Source of the DNA: Shigella phage SSG23
DNA: 64,000 nt
Sequence record: PQ351811
Strand: one strand, 5' to 3'
Shown: positions 7,555 to 18,119 of the stretch, in pieces
Position numbering within the stretch: the first letter of the stretch is position 1
Layout of the letters: every line of letters begins with the position of its first letter
Position numbers and translations under genes: made by a program
Notes under the pieces: generated by a model
The model's input: the letters and a program-made list of their open reading frames with translations, nothing else
What the model was told of the DNA's origin: nothing
The model's database searches: none

Positions 7555-8487
7555 TCAGAACCAGTTAGTGACAGTATTCACCACACGCCCACCAACGCCA
7601 TTTAGACGCGATAAAGCATTACCAGCAGCAGATAACCCACTATCAAGTAAATTGTTGCCGAAAGTGTTTGTTATTGCGTTTATTGCCTTATCCTCAATCC
7701 ATTCCCGCGCGGCTTGCTCTCCTACAGCACCAGTTTGCATAGAACGATATGCAAAAGTAACATCGAATGTTGTGATTTCGTTGTTATTTTCATAGGTTAA
7801 TTCCGGTGCACTCACACCAACAGGAACACAACCATTAAACATCATGATCGTGTGAGGAACTCCCATTCGGTTATGCAAGTTGACCTGAATATCTGCTTCA
7901 ACGTCAACAGGAAGCGCACGAAGCCCTGTAACGGGGTCTTCTACTGAGTTAACCCAATCCTGCATTGCTCTATAGTTTGATGCGCTAGAGTCCATTCTAA
8001 AGCTCAATACAAGCGGATCAAAATCACGTCCGGTAATTCTAATGTTTGGCGCATTGTGGTTACGGTCCATTTCATAACTCAATCTGTTTTCTGGAACCTT
8101 AACAGCATACACCAGAAGACCGCTTGTCTTATATGCCATATTGAACCAGTCAAGCGCATATGTACCAACATCAAATTGTCCCAGAAGAGATTGAACTACA
8201 CGAGATGACATTGCACCCAAAAGATACTTTTTGACACCGGATGAATCAACAGCACGCCTAACACCCTGTACAGCAAGATTAGTTAATGCGTCAGTATAAT
8301 CACCGCGAGTAATCCCGAAATAGTCATTTAATGCATTTGGTATAATATCATATACCGCACCGCCCATACTTTCTAGGATCGCTTGTGTCTTATTACTTGG
8401 AGTGGTGGCAAATGCCACGCTGAATAAGTTAGATCGCTGAAAGTCAAGGTTAGCGGCTTGTTCGTTAAAATCATTTAAATCAAACAT
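7555..8487 (-). CDS. 54: baseplate tail tube initiator gp54
   Basis: size and position in 29-48-54 order as in T4; ATG verified. Confidence 0.75.
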   Translation of the reverse strand: MFDLNDFNEQAANLDFQRSNLFSVAFATTPSNKTQAILESMGGAVYDIIPNALNDYFGITRGDYTDALTNLAVQGVRRAVDSSGVKKYLLGAMSSRVVQSLLGQFDVGTYALDWFNMAYKTSGLLVYAVKVPENRLSYEMDRNHNAPNIRITGRDFDPLVLSFRMDSSASNYRAMQDWVNSVEDPVTGLRALPVDVEADIQVNLHNRMGVPHTIMMFNGCVPVGVSAPELTYENNNEITTFDVTFAYRSMQTGAVGEQAAREWIEDKAINAITNTFGNNLLDSGLSAAGNALSRLNGVGGRVVNTVTNWF

Positions 8488-9545
8488 TATGCCGCACTCC
8501 CAAATATAGTACCACGGGAAAGTGTCAAGATCTCTCTAAATGATACTTCCAGAACAAAGGTACTAGGCAAGTTAGGAGAAATAGCAAGACCATTAAACTT
8601 ACCATCAGGCGACTTGTCCAGACGTACACTTGAGATCTGAGCGGGACCAAACGCATCGCTACGCCCTTCGAATGATGTGCGCTTACCGAAGTTAGAGATC
8701 ATCCATATTGTCGGGTTAGATACAGTAATTACGTTTGATAGAAAATCGGTGATCCCTTCAAACAAAGTATCATTTTTCTTTGCCTCGGCTGGAGTGGATT
8801 TGCTCAATAGAGTATTTTTATACCACGCATCAACTTCCGCTTTTAATTCCTTTGCGGTGCTAGAAATGCCACTAGAACCATAAGACAATTCTAAAAATGT
8901 TTCGTATATGATCAGAATATTGCGAAGGTCTTCAATACTACGTGGGGTTAGATGCCACACGTAGTTTTTAGTTCGTGCGTCAGCACCAGCATACATGCTT
9001 CGCGCAGTATTATAAATCTGTTCACCGTGATCGGCAAGGTATCCACCAGTAATACTTTCGATACCACCAAAAACGGCAGTAGATGCCATATTAGAAAGAG
9101 CACCGCCTAAAGTACCACCACCGCGAGAAATGACAGATTCACCAACATCATTAAACTTATGGCTAGCAGCGTCAACGTCAGATTGACTACGAGGAAGAAG
9201 AATATTAGCAATTGCCTCGCGGTCAAATGCAGCATTTCTCCCTCCCAAATTTAAATCAAAACCAGCGATATTAACGCTACCACCAAAACCGCTAGCAACA
9301 TTTTTCTTTTTCCTGAAATCACGCAGCGATCCAGTAGTACGAGATGTATAATCGTATGCAGTGAATAACAGACCATTATTATATAAGTCGTTGATATAGT
9401 AACCGCTAGCATCATTACCGCTAGCACGTTCAGCGGGGAATTGAGCGGTTAATGTTTTCCCTTTATTTTTTGAGGTAAAACCAGCGGAGGTTTTAACCCC
9501 CGCTTTAAAGCTATCAACGGCATCATTGATAACACTAATTTTCAT
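8487..9545 (-). CDS. 48: baseplate tail tube cap gp48
   Basis: T4 gene order and size. Confidence 0.75.
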   Translation of the reverse strand: MKISVINDAVDSFKAGVKTSAGFTSKNKGKTLTAQFPAERASGNDASGYYINDLYNNGLLFTAYDYTSRTTGSLRDFRKKKNVASGFGGSVNIAGFDLNLGGRNAAFDREAIANILLPRSQSDVDAASHKFNDVGESVISRGGGTLGGALSNMASTAVFGGIESITGGYLADHGEQIYNTARSMYAGADARTKNYVWHLTPRSIEDLRNILIIYETFLELSYGSSGISSTAKELKAEVDAWYKNTLLSKSTPAEAKKNDTLFEGITDFLSNVITVSNPTIWMISNFGKRTSFEGRSDAFGPAQISSVRLDKSPDGKFNGLAISPNLPSTFVLEVSFREILTLSRGTIFGSAA

Positions 9546-11278
9546 TAAAAGTTCCCCATATTAATTGTACCGGGGGCATCAATTCTAGTTGTTGGTGCAC
9601 CCTGTTTAATAGTTCTATTGTTTGTTACAATCTGTGTATTATTTACGTTTGAGGTCTGATTTGTCGTTTGTTGCTGGATTGCAGCTTGTTTCTGCATTTG
9701 TTCAGTACGTTCCGCTTGTTTTGCTGTTTCCGTTTCAGTTGCCGGAACTGGCTGTGTTTGCACAACACCCTTAGTTTTATCAGCATACATCTCATCAAAT
9801 TTTTCAATAAGACGCTCTAACTGAGAACGATCACTTTCAACTAATGTAGGATCTTGAACTTTCTCACGGTAAACATCAATATCCTTTTTCAACTCTCCCA
9901 TTTTTTCTTTGTCATAATCACCGCTCAAGTTCTCCATAACTTCATTAATATTATTGATCGCGCCCTCGCTTTTAATTCTAAGTTTACGACTAGCAGATCG
10001 TTGTTCAGCAGAAACAGACTCATACTCCCCGCGCTTTAATTCTTCTTGTCGTTTCTCTTCGTCAACATCCTTTTGATCTCTCCAACCCAGACTAACAAGA
10101 CCTTCGTTAACTTTATCCTTAATAGAATCACCGATAGCTTCGCCAATATCACGGGCTTTTCCGGTCCAACCAGTACGCTCTCCGTATTTGTCCTCTTCGT
10201 GTTCAGACTCGACCTTATCCATTAATTCGAGTTCTCTTTCGTTTGGCGTATAGCCTTGAGCGACAGCAGATTTTAAAGCACCATATTCTAACTTATCGGC
10301 ATAATCACCCATACCAGGGATCATGCGAAGAATTTTAGCAATACCAGTAGTGATAATTCGATCAAGTTGGATAAAGGTTTTATAGAATGCATCACCAATA
10401 CCCATAACAAGAGATTTAATTAATTCTCCATATTCGCCTTTAGACCAATAATCTCGAACTTGACGAATAGTTGTTAGAATATCACTAATTGGTCCAGCCC
10501 ATTCTCCGGCCTTATCCATAAATTCATCGAATTTTGTTTCGAATAAATCACTCCAATATCTGAAATGAATCATCAGGGTATCAATGGCAAAAACAATACC
10601 CATCAAAATAGCGCCCCATTTTGCGGCTTCTGCCATAGCGGTCAAGGTGATCTTAAATAACATCCCTAAGACCTTATTAGAGATACCTATGGTTTCTTTA
10701 AATCCTCCACGAACAACTTTAAGAAGATTTTCCATAGAATCCGCATTACGCTTATCTGCGGCGTTCTTTTTCTTCCGTTCCTCAACATCTGGTTTTTTCT
10801 TTGGAAGACCTTGATAGTTGTCATTATTAGGCTGTTCCGGTACAGTAGGCAAAACTGGCTGAGGTGATGGCATTGTTTGCGGTTGTTCCGGTTTTTTCAG
10901 TGCTTCTTCAATCGCACCAATACCGCTAGCCATTTTACTGACAACACCAAATCTACGTTCCATCATAACACCAAAACCACGTAATTTCTCATTCATCTGA
11001 GAAGAGAAATTATTGAGTTTTTGCAATTCTTCATAAGTTTTTTGGGTATTGCCAGCGGTAGATTGGGTATTCTCTGCCGTCAATTCATTGGCTGCGGTGT
11101 TATCCTCTACCGCACCAACAACTTCATTAGATTTTTGTTCTACTGTCTCCGCCACCAATTCGGTAGCGGCTTGCAAATTATCAATAGAATCAAGTTTATC
11201 TAATTTGTTAAGTTTATCAATCGGGTTTTCTTCCGCTTCCTTGCGCATCCCGCGAAATGATGTTAATGCGTCATTCAT
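9545..11278 (-). CDS. 29: baseplate hub / tail length determinant gp29
   Basis: T4 gene order and size (577 aa). Confidence 0.75.
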   Translation of the reverse strand: MNDALTSFRGMRKEAEENPIDKLNKLDKLDSIDNLQAATELVAETVEQKSNEVVGAVEDNTAANELTAENTQSTAGNTQKTYEELQKLNNFSSQMNEKLRGFGVMMERRFGVVSKMASGIGAIEEALKKPEQPQTMPSPQPVLPTVPEQPNNDNYQGLPKKKPDVEERKKKNAADKRNADSMENLLKVVRGGFKETIGISNKVLGMLFKITLTAMAEAAKWGAILMGIVFAIDTLMIHFRYWSDLFETKFDEFMDKAGEWAGPISDILTTIRQVRDYWSKGEYGELIKSLVMGIGDAFYKTFIQLDRIITTGIAKILRMIPGMGDYADKLEYGALKSAVAQGYTPNERELELMDKVESEHEEDKYGERTGWTGKARDIGEAIGDSIKDKVNEGLVSLGWRDQKDVDEEKRQEELKRGEYESVSAEQRSASRKLRIKSEGAINNINEVMENLSGDYDKEKMGELKKDIDVYREKVQDPTLVESDRSQLERLIEKFDEMYADKTKGVVQTQPVPATETETAKQAERTEQMQKQAAIQQQTTNQTSNVNNTQIVTNNRTIKQGAPTTRIDAPGTINMGNF

Positions 11279-11793
11279 GATAGGCGATCCAATATGTTAA
11301 TTCCACCATAGATAGTACCTTCCGGTGTATCCAGTGCAATAGTTTTTCTTAATCCTGTAGCCCAATCCATAATAAAAGCGGGGAAATCATGGAAGTCTAC
11401 ACTAGGATCGTGATAATGATGACTCAAGAAATCAGCGTCATCGATAATGGGGTCAGAAGTATACATCGGATTTTTAAATTTAAATGTTTTGCCATTTAAA
11501 TCAAATTCAGTTTCTGTACAAATATACACATCAGATAGTTTAAGACCGTCTTTTTCTTCCAGACATTTACCATTAAACGCACAAAGATTAAGCATAACCA
11601 ATTCAGACTCGGCAGCGTTTAACCCAGGGCAGATTGAATCAAGAAGAATCTTTAATGTTTCATCGCAGCTACGAACATCTTTTAATAATCGATGTTGCTT
11701 AATACCCATTTTTGGGATCTTGATATGTTTCCCGTTTATCTCTAAAGTTTTTACAGGAACAACAAATTTTAACATAGGTTTAGTTTCTGTCAT
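11275..11793 (-). CDS. 28: baseplate hub distal subunit gp28
   Basis: T4 gene order and size. Confidence 0.7.
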   Translation of the reverse strand: MTETKPMLKFVVPVKTLEINGKHIKIPKMGIKQHRLLKDVRSCDETLKILLDSICPGLNAAESELVMLNLCAFNGKCLEEKDGLKLSDVYICTETEFDLNGKTFKFKNPMYTSDPIIDDADFLSHHYHDPSVDFHDFPAFIMDWATGLRKTIALDTPEGTIYGGINILDRLS

Positions 11794-12902
11794 TATATCT
11801 TACCTTCAAATTTGACTTCCTGTAATTCTTCGCTGTTACCGATCATATACAGGTGAGTTAATGATTGTTCTCGGCTAATTTCATGCACCACTTCATCAAC
11901 AATAAAATCATTGCGTGCTTGTTGCTTCTCATCAAAGAATCGAATAACCATGCCAGGGCGCAACGAAAAATTACCATGACACACGGCGGTAGCATATGAA
12001 TCATACTGTTCTATTGTGGCAAGTTTAGAACCTTCCAAAAATGCATTCTTATAAGTCAACTCCCCATAAGCGCCACCATGTGCAAAATGAGCAATGTTAT
12101 CCCCGTTACCAACGACAATTTTATTATACTGCTTAGTAACAAAATCAATGGTCGTGTATGTCACATTGTTAAACGAGTTTTTAACTTTAGCATTGCTCTT
12201 AGTCTGCCATTCGAAATTAAAAACCATCAGATTAGGTGACATATCAATAAATTGCCCCATGAGTCTAGGCTCACATATTATAGCTGGTATTGGCTCATTT
12301 TTTAATATTGTATCGTGTCCGGCTATAGTTATACCATCAAAATCTTCCCAGCAATACACGAAAGACTCGGTTTCTACGCTTTGCCCGTATGCCCTCACAA
12401 AATCCATATAGTCATTTATGGTACTAACCCACGGACAACGAGGAATAACAACGTTATCACCTTTTATGGTTGGTTTCCATAAAGGAACTTCTTTATAGAT
12501 AGCGTCAATCATGCTGGTTACATTATTAACAGCGTTATTTGTCAATGCGCGAGAAAATTTAAGGTTTAGTGTTTCGTGATAGCTCTTTAACTGGAATGTT
12601 AAAATGTTGTCAGATTTTTGGTCAATCGTTACATTACTATGAGAGATCCCATAGATTCGGTTGAACACTTCATCTGTGTTGGCAGTAGATAACGAAATCT
12701 GAATGATCTCTCTCCCGTTTAATTTTGTATGCATCGCTTTATTATCATAGAATTGCAACAATCCTTCGTTCACCCCACGAATCGAATCACGCAGAGTCAT
12801 TGTAACAAAGGTAGCACCCAATTCTATAAAGCGATGATTTAGAAACGCCTCATAATCCTGATAAAGTTTTATTGAGACATTAGGAAACCCCGTTCTTTGC
12901 AT
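11793..12902 (-). CDS. 27: baseplate hub subunit gp27
   Basis: N-terminus MQRTGFPNVSIKLYQDY resembles remembered T4 gp27; gene order. Confidence 0.8.
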   Translation of the reverse strand: MQRTGFPNVSIKLYQDYEAFLNHRFIELGATFVTMTLRDSIRGVNEGLLQFYDNKAMHTKLNGREIIQISLSTANTDEVFNRIYGISHSNVTIDQKSDNILTFQLKSYHETLNLKFSRALTNNAVNNVTSMIDAIYKEVPLWKPTIKGDNVVIPRCPWVSTINDYMDFVRAYGQSVETESFVYCWEDFDGITIAGHDTILKNEPIPAIICEPRLMGQFIDMSPNLMVFNFEWQTKSNAKVKNSFNNVTYTTIDFVTKQYNKIVVGNGDNIAHFAHGGAYGELTYKNAFLEGSKLATIEQYDSYATAVCHGNFSLRPGMVIRFFDEKQQARNDFIVDEVVHEISREQSLTHLYMIGNSEELQEVKFEGKI

Positions 12903-13650
12903 TGTTTGCCTCTTTTACGTCTTTCTCGACCAGTGTCAATGCAATGTTTCTCTCGACGGGTAACATTTCCATAAGATCACTGATAGAATAATTTGATTTT
13001 GCCAACAGATGATTTATTCGATAAAATATGAATAACTCATCTGGATTCAACAACAATTTGAATAATGGAAGAAGACCTATGTATTTCAGGTCATGACTTT
13101 CACAACAAGATATCTTTTGTTCGATCTTGATCGTGTGCATTTGCTTAACAACTTCTTCAAATTCAGCAAACGAGATTGAATCGATAACCTGTTCTCTAAC
13201 TTCTTCCGGTAATTCGGTCCACAGATAATCATTAACACCATCAGAGACACGCTCTATCGCATCTAGAAACGTTTTTGCATAGTCGGTTGATGGTTTCACA
13301 TACCGGAAAGTTATTTTAAGACCTGCGGCCTCCAGAACGATTGGTTTTAGTGCTTCGACCTGTAAGTTGAGCAACATTTTTCTTTCTTTGTTGCAAGTCG
13401 GGCAAGTAAAGCAAAGCGGTATCTTTGTTTTGCCTATTGAGCTAGTAAAAACGTTCAGGAAAATATATTCACGAAATGCAGGGTCTACGTCTGGATATAT
13501 TTCTTCTAGTAGCTCATCCAGGATAGTTTGTTCTTCTTCTGGATTCATCTTAATTTCAGTTGACACCAGAAGGAAATCTCTGTAATCTTTAACAGTGAAA
13601 GGTTTAAATCGCTGTACACCTTCCGGTAGTTTTATTCGGATAATATTCAT
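12880..13650 (-). CDS. 51: baseplate hub assembly catalyst gp51
   Basis: gene order and size; late promoter upstream. Confidence 0.7.
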   Translation of the reverse strand: MNIIRIKLPEGVQRFKPFTVKDYRDFLLVSTEIKMNPEEEQTILDELLEEIYPDVDPAFREYIFLNVFTSSIGKTKIPLCFTCPTCNKERKMLLNLQVEALKPIVLEAAGLKITFRYVKPSTDYAKTFLDAIERVSDGVNDYLWTELPEEVREQVIDSISFAEFEEVVKQMHTIKIEQKISCCESHDLKYIGLLPLFKLLLNPDELFIFYRINHLLAKSNYSISDLMEMLPVERNIALTLVEKDVKEANNAKNGVS

Positions 13651-13670
13651 GGTATAATCCCCCTTTCGGG

Positions 13671-13678
13671 TATTTATA
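13671..13678 (-). promoter_or_regulatory. T4-type late promoter TATAAATA for gp51
   Basis: tatttata on + strand, 21 nt upstream of the start. Confidence 0.6.
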
Positions 13679-13720
13679 AAATACTAAATAATTCTATGTG
13701 TTTATAAAGGGTGTTTTATT

Positions 13721-14350
13721 ATGCAATACTTTTTCAAGATCCAAATAGGCGAAAAGTTGATACACGCCCGTGCTTTCACCTTCGGCGAATTTCAAAAACT
13801 GGTAGCAGCAAAAGAGACTGGCAAGCTGTCAGATGTTGTTATAGAGATTATATACGAATGTACGGGGATCAATGCATTAGAGCTAGAGAAATGCGAAGCA
13901 GAATATATTTTTCTTCTCTTATGGTGTCACAGCCTCAATAAGATGAAAATTGATGCTACTTGGGTGTGTGGTGTATGCAATAAAGAGAAAGTATATTCTC
14001 TTGATGTTTCACGCACACAGATACCAGAAGTCGAACCGTATATTCTAGACTTAGGACAAGTAAAAATCAAGTTTCGTCAACCTAAGTTTACAGAAGATGT
14101 TGATATTATGCAGATGGTAATTGCATGTATCGAATATATCGTGATCGGCGATCAACAATTCAATATAGACGACCTGAACGCACAGGACTTTGACCGCGTG
14201 CTGGATATGCTTACCACGGATAAAGTGGAAGAAGTGATCGACGAGCTAACAAGAAATCAAATCACGCTGGCAGTACCGATCAAATGCGAATGCGGGGAAT
14301 CTGGTGTATATTCATTATCAGGTCTATCCAGTTTCCTTAAAATTCTTTGA
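13721..14350 (+). CDS. 26: baseplate hub subunit gp26
   Basis: gene order and size (209 aa). Confidence 0.7.
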   Translation: MQYFFKIQIGEKLIHARAFTFGEFQKLVAAKETGKLSDVVIEIIYECTGINALELEKCEAEYIFLLLWCHSLNKMKIDATWVCGVCNKEKVYSLDVSRTQIPEVEPYILDLGQVKIKFRQPKFTEDVDIMQMVIACIEYIVIGDQQFNIDDLNAQDFDRVLDMLTTDKVEEVIDELTRNQITLAVPIKCECGESGVYSLSGLSSFLKIL

Positions 14351-14358
14351 GGTATAAC

Positions 14359-14745
14359 ATGGCAACTATTAATCAGATGTATACTGATTTGGATCTCAAT
14401 ATATCCAGATCGTGGAATAACGACGTTAAAAAGAACATAGGAATTAAAGCGGTTAAGGATTCTATTCTACTGATCGTGACTACTCGCAAGGGGTCTCGTC
14501 CATTTGATCCACTGTTTGGATGTGATCTCAATAAATCACTGTTTGAGAACATGAACCCACTGACGGTGGATACCTTATCAAAAAACATCAATGAGGCGAT
14601 CCGAAACTATGAACCACGGGTCCGAAACCTGACAGTAGAAGTAACTCCGCAGTACGACGATAATTCAATCATAGTATCAATCTACTTTTCAGTAATAGAT
14701 AACCCGGATGATCTTGAACAACTACGCATAAGACTTGCAAAGTGA
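14359..14745 (+). CDS. 25: baseplate wedge protein gp25
   Basis: MATINQMYTDLD..TTRKGSRPFDP..RNYEPR resembles remembered T4 gp25; start moved from TTG to ATG 14359. Confidence 0.9.
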   Translation: MATINQMYTDLDLNISRSWNNDVKKNIGIKAVKDSILLIVTTRKGSRPFDPLFGCDLNKSLFENMNPLTVDTLSKNINEAIRNYEPRVRNLTVEVTPQYDDNSIIVSIYFSVIDNPDDLEQLRIRLAK

Positions 14746-14792
14746 TTTTGTGTGTGATATGATATAGGTCTTAGTGTGAATAAGGGGATATT

Positions 14793-15200
14793 ATGGACCT
14801 AAACGATTTGAAAGAACAATTAGAAGCTGACATGAAGATCGATGCGACTAAGTTGCAATGGGAGGCGCTGAATAATCCGGTAGTATACTCAAAGTGGTTA
14901 AGGATTTACAGCGAGGCGAAGCGAGAGACGATTGCACTTGAGGCTAAAAAGAAAAAGGCTATGAAAAATCGTCTTGACTTTTACACTAACCGTAGTGATG
15001 ACTGGTGTCGCGCTGAGTATGAGAAATCAGAATTGAAAGTTGTCATGGCAGCAGACGACGAGATCTTACCACTTGATACGAAAATTGCATATTACCAGAT
15101 GGTAATGGATTTCGCTGGTCGCGCACTTGATATCGTTAAATCTCGTGGCTTTGCGATCAAGAATGCAATAGAATTGCGTATGCTGGAATCTGGTCGCTAA
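14793..15200 (+). CDS. uvsY: recombination mediator UvsY
   Basis: size and position next to gene 25 as in T4. Confidence 0.75.
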   Translation: MDLNDLKEQLEADMKIDATKLQWEALNNPVVYSKWLRIYSEAKRETIALEAKKKKAMKNRLDFYTNRSDDWCRAEYEKSELKVVMAADDEILPLDTKIAYYQMVMDFAGRALDIVKSRGFAIKNAIELRMLESGR

Positions 15201-15221
15201 ATACATGCAGGAGGAATTTTT

Positions 15222-15398
15222 ATGAAAATCTGTATTTGTTGTAAACAACCTGTCGAGGATGCGTTAGCCGTCCAGACAGAAAACGGCGTTGTTCACACTG
15301 GCTACTGCTTACAGCTAGTAACAGAACGTTCGATTAGTGAAGATGCGAACGGCGAAGAACAAGAACAACTCGTAGAGCAAACAATGCTGTTAATGTAA
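15222..15398 (+). CDS. hypothetical Cys-rich small protein (58 aa), not in ORF track
   Basis: ATG 15222 after SD ggagg; CICCKQP..GYC motif. Confidence 0.45.
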   Translation: MKICICCKQPVEDALAVQTENGVVHTGYCLQLVTERSISEDANGEEQEQLVEQTMLLM

Positions 15399-15431
15399 TT
15401 TGTTGATAACCGATTTTAATTGGTTTATTTT

Positions 15432-15456
15432 GCCCCATCATTGATGGGGCTTTTTT
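15432..15456 (+). terminator. rho-independent terminator
   Basis: gccccatca-t-tgatggggc hairpin followed by tttttt. Confidence 0.7.
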
Positions 15457-15461
15457 ATATC

Positions 15462-15698
15462 TTAAAAATCCTCTTCCGGCTCCTCTTCTGGCTCGTTGTC
15501 CGCTTCCAGTTGCTTACGGCGTCCGGCGATGGCATCACGAATCGAAATATCATCAGCAGGTTTCAATTCTGTTTCTTTCTTGCGCTTCTCATAATATGCC
15601 TCAAGTTCATTCAATCCCTCGATAGTATTACAAGAATAAATCTTACTCATGAAACCGTCAATAGCGGCCTCAACCAAAAAACGTTTAAAGCTAATCAT
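15462..15698 (-). CDS. uvsW.1: UvsW.1-like small protein
   Basis: small ORF directly downstream of uvsW as in T4. Confidence 0.6.
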   Translation of the reverse strand: MISFKRFLVEAAIDGFMSKIYSCNTIEGLNELEAYYEKRKKETELKPADDISIRDAIAGRRKQLEADNEPEEEPEEDF

Positions 15699-15741
15699 TT
15701 TTAATCTCCGTAGAATAAAGGGGCATTAAAGCCCCTATTTA

Positions 15742-17244
15742 TTAAATCTCGATTGTTTTCGTGACATATTCGAATCGATCGGTGTTGTAAATTTTTATTC
15801 TTTCAAGGGCATGTTTAAGAGCATAATTAAGGTGGCTAAACTGTTTCTTAGCATTCTTGCTCTTTGTCTTAACCGCCAAATGATCTATAAGATCCCAAAC
15901 GGTAGCAATATCCTTAGAACCATGTTTACGCAATGCACGACCGATACTCTGACGAACGATAGTTGATTCCTTCACTGGATGACCGAAAATAACATGATGC
16001 AAGTTCTTGATGGAAACACCAGTAGAGAACACACCATAAGACGCAACACAGATTAAGCCAGTGTCACCTTCCGCCATTTTCTTAAATTCATCACGTTCTT
16101 CTGTCTTAACTCCACCGTCAATATAATAAACCTTGTCGTGTACCTTCTGTAACGCGTCATACATAAGTTTTCCGTGCTTAGTGTTACGGAACATCAGGAA
16201 TACGTTTTCGCCCTTCTTAGCGAGTTTTAGCGCCAAATTGCAAGCAAACTTATTACGTCGTGGGTTAGATGTAATATACTTGATCTCTTCCGCATATTCT
16301 CTCCCCTTAACCGCGCTACATTCCTCATCGGTATAACGAAGAAAAAGACAGTTAATTTTCAGTTTTGTCACTTGGCCTTCTTCCATCAGGCGGTCAATAC
16401 TCACGATCTTAGAAATATCACCGAAAAGCCCGACATACTGCATCATGTTAGCTTTCCCGTCACGAGGGGAACCAGTCATACCGATCTTAAATTGGCAATG
16501 ATCCATATCAGTAACGATGTTTAGCAGGTTTTTAGCAGTGGCCTTGTGACATTCATCAACAATTACCATCCCAAATTGCTGGAACCACTCACGAGGCTGT
16601 TTACATGCTGATTGCCACGTACTAACAACGATCAGGCGATCACCTACGTGTTTACTAGTACCGCTCATGATAGTATGAATTGCTTCATAAGGAAACTGGC
16701 GATAATCAACAAAGTCATCACGCATTTGCAGCACTAGCGACGTGGTAGGAACGATGATCAGCACTTTCCCTTCGTAGTTCTCTAAGTACCAGCGAGACAA
16801 CATACAAGCAATTGCAGATTTACCAGCGGACGTAGGCAAAACTAACATACGGCGTTTATGATGAATACCTTCAAATACAGCCTTTGATTGATACCAATGC
16901 GGGGTGATCCTGTTAGCACCGGAATATAATTCTAAGTCGTTACACCATTTTGTGATCTCTTCTTCTGTAACCTGTTCTTTCTCGAATAAGCGAGGGTCTA
17001 CCCAAACAGAATAACCCATATTTTTAGCGAAGATGCCAACGGTTTTAGTTAGGCCGATTGGCAACTTTCCATTGTAATCTAAAAGACGAATACGCCCATC
17101 CCATCCGCCATACTTAAATCTTTTTTGAAACCGTGCTCCCTCGACTTCAAAACTAAAATAATCTCGCATTTCTAATAAAATTGAATCGCTACATTCAATT
17201 TGAACGTGGGAGTAGTTCAGAAAGTGAATTTTAATATCTTGCAT
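15742..17244 (-). CDS. uvsW: DNA/RNA helicase UvsW
   Basis: MQDIKIHF..SHVQIEC N-terminus, Walker A LPTSAGKS and DECH box resemble remembered T4 UvsW; ORF-track start 17259 is a GTG extension. Confidence 0.9.
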   Translation of the reverse strand: MQDIKIHFLNYSHVQIECSDSILLEMRDYFSFEVEGARFQKRFKYGGWDGRIRLLDYNGKLPIGLTKTVGIFAKNMGYSVWVDPRLFEKEQVTEEEITKWCNDLELYSGANRITPHWYQSKAVFEGIHHKRRMLVLPTSAGKSAIACMLSRWYLENYEGKVLIIVPTTSLVLQMRDDFVDYRQFPYEAIHTIMSGTSKHVGDRLIVVSTWQSACKQPREWFQQFGMVIVDECHKATAKNLLNIVTDMDHCQFKIGMTGSPRDGKANMMQYVGLFGDISKIVSIDRLMEEGQVTKLKINCLFLRYTDEECSAVKGREYAEEIKYITSNPRRNKFACNLALKLAKKGENVFLMFRNTKHGKLMYDALQKVHDKVYYIDGGVKTEERDEFKKMAEGDTGLICVASYGVFSTGVSIKNLHHVIFGHPVKESTIVRQSIGRALRKHGSKDIATVWDLIDHLAVKTKSKNAKKQFSHLNYALKHALERIKIYNTDRFEYVTKTIEI

Positions 17245-17280
17245 AGCGAATAGCCTCACTCAATAAATACAGTATACAAA

Positions 17281-17288
17281 TATTTATA
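17281..17288 (-). promoter_or_regulatory. T4-type late promoter TATAAATA for uvsW
   Basis: tatttata on + strand, 37 nt upstream of ATG 17244. Confidence 0.55.
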
Positions 17289-17314
17289 CAAACACCCCCA
17301 ATCAGGAGAATAAC

Positions 17315-18040
17315 ATGTTTGATAAAGAATATTTCGAAGAACTCCGCGCTATTGCGGCGTCCGACGACAAAGAAGCACAGAAAACAGCTAAAACAGAATT
17401 AGCAGACTACGCAAAACAATTTGATATCAAGGTCAAAAAGACGCTCTCTCTAGAAAACATGATCGAGTTCGTAGAAACAGAATTAACTAAACTGGCGTCC
17501 GAAATGGAAGAAGAAACCCCAGCAGAAGGAACCAGTATTAACGACCTTATTCTGGCAGCAGACACCGCAGATGATAAAGTGGTATTCGACGAAGTTGATC
17601 CGTCTCTGGTTGAAGCAATGAAAGAACCTGAGATCGTCATTGAAGAAACAAAAGAAGAATCTCCAGCAGTTGAACCAGTGGTCGAAGAAGTTAAGTCAGA
17701 TGTTGAAGAAGCACCGGAAGTTAAAGTAGAATCTCCGGTAGCCAACATTTTCTCTGACGAAGCAGAGCATCGTTCTCCTGCGCATGACACTGATTCATTT
17801 TGCGATCTTACTGGTTTCCGTCCGACCATTTGTTTGATCGGTGGCGGTCGTGGTTACTACTCCTGCCCGTGGTGGATTTTCGACTGGATCGTTAATACTC
17901 CAGATTGGAAGAAGTATCCAGAACGTTTCCCGCACGCGTATGTACACGACACCCTCAAATCACTGATCTATTATATCAAACGCGATGGGTCTGTCAAGGT
18001 GCGAGAGACTAAACACAGCCAATTCCACACACTCAAGTAA
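17315..18040 (+). CDS. hypothetical acidic protein with Cys/Trp-rich C-terminus (241 aa)
   Basis: SD aggaga; acidic PxE-rich middle; C-terminal CDLTGFRPTICLIGGGRGYYSCPWW. Confidence 0.6.
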   Translation: MFDKEYFEELRAIAASDDKEAQKTAKTELADYAKQFDIKVKKTLSLENMIEFVETELTKLASEMEEETPAEGTSINDLILAADTADDKVVFDEVDPSLVEAMKEPEIVIEETKEESPAVEPVVEEVKSDVEEAPEVKVESPVANIFSDEAEHRSPAHDTDSFCDLTGFRPTICLIGGGRGYYSCPWWIFDWIVNTPDWKKYPERFPHAYVHDTLKSLIYYIKRDGSVKVRETKHSQFHTLK

Positions 18041-18119
18041 TTTGGGTGTGTAAAGTTGTGAAATATTTGTTATGTTTTTAATTGTAGTTCCGTTATGCAA
18101 TTAAAAAAGAGGATATTAC

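Noticed and set aside
17245-17259. ORF-track start of uvsW (MRLFAM)
   Set aside because: That start codon is GTG; the internal ATG at 17244 gives an N-terminus (MQDIKIHF) matching remembered T4 UvsW and has a TATAAATA late promoter at a typical distance.
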